A DNA stretch of 64,000 nucleotides from Oceaniferula sp. (GTDB lineage: Bacteria > Verrucomicrobiota > Verrucomicrobiia > Verrucomicrobiales > Akkermansiaceae): NCBI GenBank assembly GCA_965657565.1, contig CBFHPA010000005.1, positions 7,456 through 71,455 of the forward strand. Direction: 5' to 3'. Positions 56,725 to 64,000 of this stretch are shown here, one piece after another. Positions within the stretch are counted from its first letter, which is position 1, and the number at the start of each line of letters is the position of its first letter. The position numbers and the translations under genes are program-made. The notes under the pieces were generated by a model, which saw only the letters and a list, made by a program, of their open reading frames with translations, did no database searches and was not told where the DNA came from.

Positions 56725-58464
56725 GTGTCAAACTGGCAAATTCACTGGCTTATGAGCATCTCCCATCGTGCTAAGGCATCTTTTTTTATTCGTTTTTTCT
56801 TATTAGTGCCATTTCTTACAGGTTCGCTTTGGGCGTCTGATGGGCCCTCCACTGCTGAGAGTCTTGATGCTGCCTTGGAGAAATCTGCAGACTTCATGGA
56901 GGGTATTATTTTCTACTCCATCAATATAGCAGGTCAGGGTTTGCCAATTGTTTTAGTAGTCCTTGGAGGAACAGCCATCTTTCTGACTATTTACTTTAAA
57001 TTTCTTAATTTAAGATCCGTTGGTCTGGCATTCAAAACAGCACGAGGAAAATACACCAGTCCTGATGCTCCAGGTCAGATTACGCATTTCCAGGCGTTGA
57101 CCGCGGCCTTGTCAGCAACTGTCGGTCTTGGAAACATTGCCGGTGTAGCAGTCGCCGTTGGCTTGGGTGGACCTGGTGCCACCTTCTGGATGATTCTCAT
57201 GGGCTTATGTGGCATGACTACCAAGTTTTGTGAGTGCACCCTTGGCGTTAAATACCGCCGAATCGATGACAAAGGCCGAGTGCATGGTGGTGCAATGTAT
57301 TATCTGAGTCAGGGGCTCAAGGAGAAAGGGCTAGGCGGTTTGGGTAAGGTGCTGGCTATATTTTTCGCAATCATGTGCGTGGGAGGTGCGATTGGTGCAG
57401 GTAACATGTTTCAGGTGAACCAAGCGGCAAGCCAGGTGAGTAGCTCCTTTGGAGTGTTTGAGGAAAGTAAGCTGGTATTTGGTCTCATTATGGCGGGGTT
57501 AGTCGGGATGGTGATCATTGGTGGCATTGTTGCGATCGCTCGAGTGACCTCGTTTCTTGTTCCTTTCATGTGTGGTATGTATTTGGTTGCGGCAATAGCG
57601 ATCATAGGCACTCATTTGGATATGCTGGGTGATGCTTTTCGTCAGATTGTCGAGGGCGCCTTCTCGCCTATGGCTGTCGGGGGTGGATTGATTGGTGTCC
57701 TTATTCAGGGTATCAAAAGGGCTGCTTTTTCAAACGAAGCGGGCGTGGGCTCAGCTCCTATTGCCCACTCTGCGGTTAAAACAGACAAGCCCGCCAGTGA
57801 AGGTATTGTCGCCTTGCTCGAGCCATTCACTGACACGGTGGTCGTATGCACTATGACCGCAATTGTGCTTATTGTCACCGGTGTGTGGAAAGTGGACGGC
57901 GTTGTTAAGTCTGATTCGGCCGAGCTCTACAGTATGCCGCTGGCTGGTGCTGCTGTGGTGCAGCAGGTCGACAAAGGTGACGAATTGCGACTTCTGGGTA
58001 GTTCTCAGGATAAAGAGTCGGGTCAAACCTACAGTAAGGTCTGGCAAGAAGGTAATGACCAAGACCTCTGGGTCAATGTGGCTGATATCAATAAAATAGA
58101 GGGTATTGCCAAGACTTCGATGGCTTTCGGAGAAAAGTTTGCATGGTTCCCTAAACTTTTGGCTGTTGCGGTGTTATTGTTTGCCTTCTCGACTATGATT
58201 TCCTGGTCCTACTATGGGGAGCAGGCTGTGATTTATCTGTGTGGCGGACCTCACAAAACAGCCATTTTAATCTATAAGCTCTTATTCTGTGGCTTTGTCG
58301 TTGTTGGCTCCGTGGCTTCACTCGGTAATGTCATCAGAATTTCTGACGCTATGATTTTTGCGATGGTTATTCCCAATATGGTCGGTCTTTATTTTCTGCT
58401 GCCCGTGGTGAAAAAGGAGTTGGCTATTTTTCGCCAGCATGTTGCAGACAAGGAGGGTTTGTAG
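56725..58464 (+). CDS. Alanine/glycine:cation symporter (AGCS family) with an internal insert
   Basis: 579 aa. AGCS signatures TAALSATVGLGNIAGVAVAVGLGGPGATFWM, FSNEAGVGSAPIAHSA and FAFSTMISWSYYGE. GTG start in the ORF track; the true start is uncertain. Confidence 0.85.
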   Translation: MSNWQIHWLMSISHRAKASFFIRFFLLVPFLTGSLWASDGPSTAESLDAALEKSADFMEGIIFYSINIAGQGLPIVLVVLGGTAIFLTIYFKFLNLRSVGLAFKTARGKYTSPDAPGQITHFQALTAALSATVGLGNIAGVAVAVGLGGPGATFWMILMGLCGMTTKFCECTLGVKYRRIDDKGRVHGGAMYYLSQGLKEKGLGGLGKVLAIFFAIMCVGGAIGAGNMFQVNQAASQVSSSFGVFEESKLVFGLIMAGLVGMVIIGGIVAIARVTSFLVPFMCGMYLVAAIAIIGTHLDMLGDAFRQIVEGAFSPMAVGGGLIGVLIQGIKRAAFSNEAGVGSAPIAHSAVKTDKPASEGIVALLEPFTDTVVVCTMTAIVLIVTGVWKVDGVVKSDSAELYSMPLAGAAVVQQVDKGDELRLLGSSQDKESGQTYSKVWQEGNDQDLWVNVADINKIEGIAKTSMAFGEKFAWFPKLLAVAVLLFAFSTMISWSYYGEQAVIYLCGGPHKTAILIYKLLFCGFVVVGSVASLGNVIRISDAMIFAMVIPNMVGLYFLLPVVKKELAIFRQHVADKEGL

Positions 58465-58640
58465 CGCATTGGTAATGAGATGGACCAAGTCTCGATCGGA
58501 GGATTCATTTTTTTTGTCAGGCGACTTAGCTTTAAACCATTACGGAGTAATACTTCGCTGGTTTTTATCGAGTTAGATGACAGATTGGTCAAAAAATGCG
58601 CTCGCCAAAAGTAGAGTTTTGAGGCAGGTTTCACCCGTCT

Positions 58641-59297
58641 ATGGCTTTGGGCTCTCCCTCAAACAATTCTGACCGTCTACTCGTCGGTGGGGGTGTGCCT
58701 GCGTGTCTCAAATCTAATTACGCTAGCAGGCGAAAATTTCTCAGTGCTGCCGGTATTACTGCGGCAGGGATCGTGATAGGAGCACCGAAAAGCAGGGCGG
58801 CCTTTTTCGGTCTGATTGGTGACAAACCTGTGCCGGGTATACCTCACGCGTGGGTGCAGGCAAAAGGATCCGATGTGACTAGATACGCCCGCTATATTCA
58901 AGGTCTTAATCTGCGCAATATCACACCACGTATGGTGCTTTCCCCTCATTTCAAATCCAGAGGTGGGGTGGCGAACAGTTTGCCTCCCATGAGCTACTGG
59001 AAAAAAGTAGGTCCGACATTAAAGTTGATCGACAAGGTCGTTACTCGCATAGGTTCTCCTCTCAAAGAAATTGCATCTGCATACAGAAGTCCCAGTTACA
59101 ACAGAGCTGTAGGCGGAAGGTCAAAGTCATACCATATGCAAAATATGGCATGTGATATCAAGTTTCACGGCGTTTCTACTTACTATGTGGCTTCTGCAGC
59201 TAAGGAGCTACGCAATCAGGGTTTGTTCAAAGGCGGTATTGGTCGCTACTCGGCCTTTGTCCACGTTGACACTCGTGGCATCAACGTCGATTGGTAA
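58641..59297 (+). CDS. Tat-exported DUF882/peptidase M15A-family protein (YcbK/MepK-like)
   Basis: 218 aa. Twin-arginine signal SRRKFLSAAGITAAG, SAYRSPSYNRAVGG..SYHMQNMACD, and GGIGRYSAFVHVDTRG. Confidence 0.8.
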   Translation: MALGSPSNNSDRLLVGGGVPACLKSNYASRRKFLSAAGITAAGIVIGAPKSRAAFFGLIGDKPVPGIPHAWVQAKGSDVTRYARYIQGLNLRNITPRMVLSPHFKSRGGVANSLPPMSYWKKVGPTLKLIDKVVTRIGSPLKEIASAYRSPSYNRAVGGRSKSYHMQNMACDIKFHGVSTYYVASAAKELRNQGLFKGGIGRYSAFVHVDTRGINVDW

Positions 59298-59327
59298 TTC
59301 GATCAAACATCAGATTGTAATCAATGC

Positions 59328-59353
59328 GGGCACATCATGGTGCTCTTTTTTTT
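59328..59353 (+). terminator. Intrinsic terminator for the M15A-family gene
   Basis: Hairpin gggcac-atcatg-gtgctc immediately followed by tttttttt. Confidence 0.6.
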
Positions 59354-59400
59354 GCTTATGTAGCTAGGTGCTTGCTGGCCAAGTGCGGAGAGAAAAGCGC

Positions 59401-59433
59401 AAAAAAAAGGCACCCCTTATTGTGGGGTGCCTT
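59401..59433 (-). terminator. Intrinsic terminator for glnII
   Basis: On the minus strand, aaaggcacccc-acaataa-ggggtgccttt is followed by a T run (a-run at 59401-59408 on the plus strand). It lies 26 nt past the glnII stop. Confidence 0.7.
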
Positions 59434-59458
59434 TGAGAATATTGTTGAAGTCTTGTAT

Positions 59459-60472
59459 TTAGATTTCGACCGAATTGATGGTCTGAAGGATACGTCCAGC
59501 GATCTTGTATGGGTCACCCTGTGAGTTAGGGCGACGATCTTCGAGATAACCTTTGTATGCGTCGTCTTTGACGAAGCCGTGGGGGACACGAATAGAAGCA
59601 CCACGGTCAGCTACACCCCAAGAGAACTTGTCGATAGACTGGGTCTCGTGGAGGCCTGTGAGGCGCTTGTCGTTGTCTGGGCCGTAAACGGCGATGTGTT
59701 CTTCAGTGAATTCTTCGAAGGCATCCATGAGCTTGAGGAAGTAGTCCTTGCCGCCGACTTCACGGAGGTGCTCAGTAGAGAAGTTAGCGTGCATACCTGA
59801 GCCGTTCCAGTCGCCTGTGATTGGCTTGCAGTGCCACTCTACATCAACTTCGAACTCTTCACAGAGGCGAAGCAGGAGGAAGCGTGCTACCCAGATGTCG
59901 TCAGCAGCTTTTTTGGAGCCTTTGGCAAATACTTGGAATTCCCACTGACCTTTAGCAACCTCAGCATTGATGCCTTCGTGGTTGATTCCTGCGTAGAGGC
60001 AGAGGTCAAGGTGAGTGTCGGTGATCTCACGAGCAATACCGCCAACGTTGGCGAAACCAACACCACAGTAGTATTCACCTTGTGGGTTAGGATATCCACC
60101 TTTGGGGAACCCGAGAGGCACACCTTCTTGCATGAGGAAATATTCCTGCTCGAAACCAAACCATGTGCCGGGATCGTCAGGAATAGTGGCGCGTCCGTTG
60201 GAAGGGTGAGCTGAGCCGTCAGGCAGCATGACCTCGCACATGACGAGGATGCCATTCTCACGTGTACCGTCGGGGTAAAGAGCTACGGGCTTGAGCACGC
60301 AGTCTGAGTCGCCGCCGTCAGCTTGCTGAGTGGAGGAGCCGTCAAAGCCCCAGTCAGGAAGTTGGTCGAGAGTAGGGAACTCATCAAAGTCCCTGAGCAT
60401 GCACTTGGTGCGGAGGTTTTGGACAGGTGTGTAACCGTCGAGCCATATGTAATCGAGTCTGTATTTAGCCAT
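59459..60472 (-). CDS. glnII: Glutamine synthetase type II (eukaryote-like GSII)
   Basis: 337 aa. [40 protein letters not shown] and GSGMHANFS. Near-colinear with rhizobial GlnII as I remember it. Confidence 0.85.
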   Translation of the reverse strand: MAKYRLDYIWLDGYTPVQNLRTKCMLRDFDEFPTLDQLPDWGFDGSSTQQADGGDSDCVLKPVALYPDGTRENGILVMCEVMLPDGSAHPSNGRATIPDDPGTWFGFEQEYFLMQEGVPLGFPKGGYPNPQGEYYCGVGFANVGGIAREITDTHLDLCLYAGINHEGINAEVAKGQWEFQVFAKGSKKAADDIWVARFLLLRLCEEFEVDVEWHCKPITGDWNGSGMHANFSTEHLREVGGKDYFLKLMDAFEEFTEEHIAVYGPDNDKRLTGLHETQSIDKFSWGVADRGASIRVPHGFVKDDAYKGYLEDRRPNSQGDPYKIAGRILQTINSVEI

Positions 60473-60589
60473 GATGTTTTTCTATGATGGATATGTTTGT
60501 TGTCTGTAGTGCCACTTTGTTGCTGTGGCTGAGCAATAGCGAATTATATCAAGCAGATACCGTGCCAGTTCTGGAAGATCGAGGTAAAC

Positions 60590-61483
60590 TTAAGCATTAT
60601 CAGCCAGTTTGTGCACTTCGAGAGCTATTAGCGTGGTGTCGTCTCTGCCGTCATTATTGACAGCGCGGGATATGAGAGCCTCAGAGAGCTCACTTGTCGA
60701 GTCTGTGTTTTTTAAAAATGCGGCATGGATGTTCTTTTCCCAAAGACCATCAACTAGGCCGTCACTGCAAAGCAGGAAGCGATCGCCTGATTGGTATGGG
60801 AAAGTCGCCATGTAAGGTTTGACCGAACGGTGCCCACCGCCGACTACTTCGTACAATGCAGATCTTCTGGGGTGGTTGCGAAATTCGCGCTCATTGATTT
60901 CACCTCGGTTAAGCTTTTTCCATACAAAGGTGTGATCTTCTGTGAGTTGGGTGGTTGAGCTATTATTGTTATGGACCCGATTCACATATAGTCGGCTGTC
61001 TCCGACGTTACAAAAATAAAGGTTTTCTGGCGTGAACCAAGCAAGCGCAAGCGTAGCAGCCATGCCTTTTTTATCCTCATCCTCGGCTGCGTGCGCATTG
61101 ATGGCCAAGTGCACTGCCTGAATGGCTTGTTGCATGTGGTGGAGGTAGTCTGGGTGCAGACCAGATGCTGCTGTTTTGAAGGTGCGCGGGATCATTTCAC
61201 TGAGGTATTCCAGCAATAGTCGTGAGGCGACATCTCCAGCGTTGCCGCCGCCCATGCCATCAGAGACCGCAAATACCAGGTCGTGTGATTCGAGTGAATG
61301 CCTGCCATCCTGTCCTAATAGCGATGCCCCATTGATGTCCGATGCAAATGCCAGCCATGCATCATCGTTGATTGGCTTCTTGGTGCCAGATACGGAATCC
61401 GCTGACCAGGTGATGGCTACAGAGCGTGGATCCGTCCGCGGGGACGAAGCGCCTAGTATGAATGGATTTGGATCTTCGGGCAC
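60590..61483 (-). CDS. PP2C/PPM-family Ser/Thr protein phosphatase
   Basis: 297 aa. FAVSDGMGGGNAGDVAS, FLLCSDGLVD, and DDTTLIALE. Confidence 0.85.
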   Translation of the reverse strand: MPEDPNPFILGASSPRTDPRSVAITWSADSVSGTKKPINDDAWLAFASDINGASLLGQDGRHSLESHDLVFAVSDGMGGGNAGDVASRLLLEYLSEMIPRTFKTAASGLHPDYLHHMQQAIQAVHLAINAHAAEDEDKKGMAATLALAWFTPENLYFCNVGDSRLYVNRVHNNNSSTTQLTEDHTFVWKKLNRGEINEREFRNHPRRSALYEVVGGGHRSVKPYMATFPYQSGDRFLLCSDGLVDGLWEKNIHAAFLKNTDSTSELSEALISRAVNNDGRDDTTLIALEVHKLADNA

Positions 61484-61495
61484 GAGTATCGATGG

Positions 61496-61900
61496 TCAGG
61501 ATGGATCTGGATCCTGCTGAGGCATATCCAGTAGCGTAGCCAGCTCAAAGTCGATGACGCAGAATCTTCCCTCGTTTGGGTCGTAGGTAATATTACGTGA
61601 AAATGGATCATCGTGGCGAACGCCAAAATTTACCTCTAAGTCATGGAAGATTTTGTCGGTTTTTTTCTGCGAGATATCCGGTGCTGGAGAGCCGCAGTTG
61701 GTAGTGGTGAGGTGTAGCTCGCTGTCATCAGAATCAATGTAGCGCGGCACATAATCACAGCCGCGTTCTTCGAGTGCTTTAAGCACACGTATTTCATTGG
61801 CAAATCGTTCCTCTTTATCTGTGCCGCGAAAGTACTTGTGCACATTGCCATAGAAATCAATTTTGACGAGTGAGCGGATGCCGTCCTTGAGGTTTCTCAT
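61496..61900 (-). CDS. Minimal protein-kinase-like fold protein (putative)
   Basis: 134 aa. Has ANEIRVLKALEERGCDYVP, the catalytic-loop-like GVRHDDPFSRNI (HxDxxxxN), and the metal-binding-like CVIDFELA. Ends 12 nt before the PP2C start. Confidence 0.5.
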   Translation of the reverse strand: MRNLKDGIRSLVKIDFYGNVHKYFRGTDKEERFANEIRVLKALEERGCDYVPRYIDSDDSELHLTTTNCGSPAPDISQKKTDKIFHDLEVNFGVRHDDPFSRNITYDPNEGRFCVIDFELATLLDMPQQDPDPS

Positions 61901-61974
61901 GTTTTTTGGAGTTCGTTATATTTGGGTAGTGTGGCTTAAATAAAAAGCCCTCAGCCTGCTCTTTGGTTAGTTCA

Positions 61975-62352
61975 TTAGCTGGCTAATTTGAATCCAAGCC
62001 ACACAGCGGCAAGGCAGCCGAGGACCGATACAGCAATGTTGATAATAGCGAGCATGGGCGCAGATGAAAAGAGTTTCTGTGTATCCAGAGCGAAAGTCGA
62101 AAATGTCGTGAAAGCCCCCAAAAAGCCAGTCACGGCGAAGGGATGCAACCATGCTGGATGTCCATTAGATCGTGAGGCGATGTAACCAAAGAGAGCTCCT
62201 ATCAAAAAGCTTCCGAGAAGATTGCATGTCAGAATGCCTAACGGAATGCGGTGCAAACGAGTTTGCTCTGCTAGAGTCTGCACGCCTGATGAAAGTGCAA
62301 ATCGCGATATAGCCCCTAGACCGCCACCGATAAATATGAAGAACAAGTTCAC
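61975..62352 (-). CDS. crcB: Fluoride ion channel CrcB/FluC
   Basis: 125 aa. GGGLGAISRF and GFLGAFTTFSTF. The GTG start overlaps the trpF stop (GTGA). Confidence 0.9.
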   Translation of the reverse strand: MNLFFIFIGGGLGAISRFALSSGVQTLAEQTRLHRIPLGILTCNLLGSFLIGALFGYIASRSNGHPAWLHPFAVTGFLGAFTTFSTFALDTQKLFSSAPMLAIINIAVSVLGCLAAVWLGFKLAS

Positions 62353-63008
62353 GATGTTCTGGGCTTGGTGATCGACCGCATCAGAGCGGCCACTTTGTCG
62401 AAGTCTTTGACGCCCGGCGAAAGCTCAGCTCCCGAGGCGATATCTATTGCTGCAGGGTGGACCTCTTTGATTGCTTGGCTGGCATTCTTGGGGGTGATGC
62501 CTCCTGCCAGTAAGACGGGGATTTCTGGGTGTTGTGCAATGAAAGCTCGTGCATGAGTCCAATCGAAGACTTCGCCGGTTCCTCCATATACACCTGGTGC
62601 GGGAGTGTCGAGTAGGATGGCGCTGGCTCGATAGTCAGTGATGTTTTCCAGCGAGGCTTTGTTACTTACTCCGATCGCCTTGATGAAGGGCAGCGAATCG
62701 TCGGCAAAGGGCGCGCAGTATTCTGGTGATTCGTCACCGTGGAACTGGGCGACATCGATGAGTCCGTCTTCGAGAAGCTGCCGAGGCAACGACGGCTCCG
62801 CGTTGACAAAGACACCTACGCGTGTGATCCGTCCATGTGAGTCAGTCAATATGGAGTTGGCAGCTTTGGGGCTCAAATACCGTTTCGACTGCGGCCAGAA
62901 ATTAATACCCATTGCACCGACACCCATCGAGATCAGCCTTTCAGCATCCTCACGGAGAGTAATGCCGCAGATCTTCAGTGATGTCTGGTCTGTATCGAAG
63001 AATGACAA
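62349..63008 (-). CDS. trpF: N-(5-phosphoribosyl)anthranilate isomerase
   Basis: 219 aa. LKICGIT, GINFWPQSKRY, GGTGEVFDW, and LAGGITPKN. Confidence 0.9.
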   Translation of the reverse strand: MSFFDTDQTSLKICGITLREDAERLISMGVGAMGINFWPQSKRYLSPKAANSILTDSHGRITRVGVFVNAEPSLPRQLLEDGLIDVAQFHGDESPEYCAPFADDSLPFIKAIGVSNKASLENITDYRASAILLDTPAPGVYGGTGEVFDWTHARAFIAQHPEIPVLLAGGITPKNASQAIKEVHPAAIDIASGAELSPGVKDFDKVAALMRSITKPRTS

Positions 63009-63035
63009 TGAATTATTAAAGGGGTAGGGAGCAGA

Positions 63036-63911
63036 TTACTCCACATTCTGAACTTGTTCGCGGATTTTTTCTAGCTCGATTTTGGCATCGACGATGAGCT
63101 GGGCGAGAACGGCATTGTTTGCTTTTGACCCAATAGTGTTGAACTCTCGGTTGAGCTCTTGGCAGAGGAAATCAAGCGGTCTACCAATGGGTTCATCCTG
63201 GCCCAAATACTGCCGAAACTTCTCAAAGTGGGAGTGTAAGCGGGTTATTTCTTCGGTAATATCTGAGCGGTCGGCGAAAATAATAATCTCTTTGAGAATA
63301 CGCTCGTCATCAAGGTCGAGCTCAAGTCCTGACTCAGCGAGTCGACGGTGAAGATTTTCCTTATGTTTAATGATGACTGAAGGGGCCTCTGTTTCGATTT
63401 GTTGAGTGATAGTCTCAAGATTGCATATGCGGTTTTGAGTATCGACATGCAGATGCTTTCCCTCATCAGCACGCATTGAGATCATTTGCTCTAAGGCTGC
63501 ATCGAGGGCGGGTGTGATCGCCCTGAGTGCTTCATTCGAATCCGCTGAATCTTCGTCAAATTCGAGAATCTCAGGAGTACGTAGGAAATCGGTGGCACTA
63601 GCTTGCACGTGGCGATCGATCGCGTCTGAAAGCTCGGTGAATGCAGCTTCTAGTGCACGGGCTCTGGAGCTATTAATGCGAATGGCGCTTGTTGCCCCGT
63701 GTGCTTTTTCCAAATGAATGTTGATGGATACTCGGCCGCGAGAAATCTTTTGCATGGCCGCTTTGCGAATGCTGGCCTCAAGCTCCGCATAAGCTCGCGG
63801 CAGCTTGACAAGTACTTCGCCCTGCTTGCGGTTTACCGAGGCTGCTTCCACGCGAGCGACGATAGTATTGGTAGCATTTTCGGCTCGGCCGAATCCTGTC
63901 ATTGAGTGCAT
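63036..63911 (-). CDS. yicC: YicC-family stress-induced protein (endoribonuclease YicC)
   Basis: 291 aa. MHSMTGFGRA N-terminus and C-terminal LCQELNREFNTIGSKAN...KIELEKIREQVQNVE. Confidence 0.85.
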   Translation of the reverse strand: MHSMTGFGRAENATNTIVARVEAASVNRKQGEVLVKLPRAYAELEASIRKAAMQKISRGRVSINIHLEKAHGATSAIRINSSRARALEAAFTELSDAIDRHVQASATDFLRTPEILEFDEDSADSNEALRAITPALDAALEQMISMRADEGKHLHVDTQNRICNLETITQQIETEAPSVIIKHKENLHRRLAESGLELDLDDERILKEIIIFADRSDITEEITRLHSHFEKFRQYLGQDEPIGRPLDFLCQELNREFNTIGSKANNAVLAQLIVDAKIELEKIREQVQNVE

Positions 63912-64000
63912 GTTAGAGAGGGTTGGTAGTATGGCTGTGTTTTAATGATCCTTCTCAGGTTTATCGGAGTCATTAGGTTCTTCTGGTTCGTCTGTGCCTG

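Noticed and set aside
56703-56900. Looked for a glycine riboswitch upstream of the alanine/glycine:cation symporter
   Set aside because: No GGAGAG...CACCG-type conserved cores are visible. Only 22 bp precede the longest ORF, and the sequence reads as a coding N-terminal hydrophobic segment.
63942-64000. Possible 3-prime end of a further minus-strand gene (...GTDEPEEPNDSDKPEKDH, stop at 63942-63944)
   Set aside because: Only 19 codons are visible, so neither coding status nor function can be supported.
1-64000. Scan for mobile elements, integrases, toxin-antitoxin pairs, restriction-modification or other known defence modules, tRNA genes and island boundaries
   Set aside because: None of the ORF translations shows transposase, recombinase, nuclease-methylase or phage hallmarks. 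No tRNA-like sequence was seen in the intergenic regions I read. The window looks like core chromosome.

Overview
The window reads as core chromosome, about 60 tightly packed genes, most likely from a PVC-superphylum (Verrucomicrobiota-like) bacterium. That taxon guess is inference from gene content only: a ThuA-like secreted protein, a MoxR/DUF58/BatA-type operon, type II glutamine synthetase, and many lipobox or Tat envelope proteins.

Recognisable housekeeping genes:
- Information processing: rpoD, nrdR, rlmN, prmC, ybeY, ffh, yicC and an RNase P RNA.
- Envelope: murA, nagZ, plsC.
- Amino-acid metabolism: cysK, cysE, proA, tyrA, aroA, argF, argD, trpF, glnII.
- Nucleotide and one-carbon metabolism: purU, cmk, tmk, guaB, guaA, xthA.
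- A 2-oxoacid dehydrogenase E1alpha/E1beta/E2 set.

I saw no CRISPR array, tRNA or rRNA genes, transposase, integrase, phage genes, or any recognisable known defence system.

I cannot point to one clear novel system. The stretches the housekeeping annotation does not explain are:
1. A 134-aa minimal kinase-like ORF followed after a 12-bp gap by a PP2C phosphatase.
2. A tandem pair of trypsin-PDZ proteins. One is intact. The other has lost the His and Ser of the triad and carries its PDZ inserted inside the protease fold. Two TPM-domain proteins precede them.
3. An 8.6-kb moxR-DUF58-BatA-like-VWA/GATase-like-TPR/coiled-coil operon, with a divergently transcribed P-loop protein carrying an acidic repeat tail.
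4. A LuxE/LuxC-like acyl-activation/reduction pair followed by a divergent IF-1 paralogue.
5. Domain oddities: a histone-H1-like basic tail on RpoD and an SH3-like insert in an alanine:cation symporter.

All functional calls rest on motif recognition in the supplied translations and on my own reading of the DNA. No database search was run.
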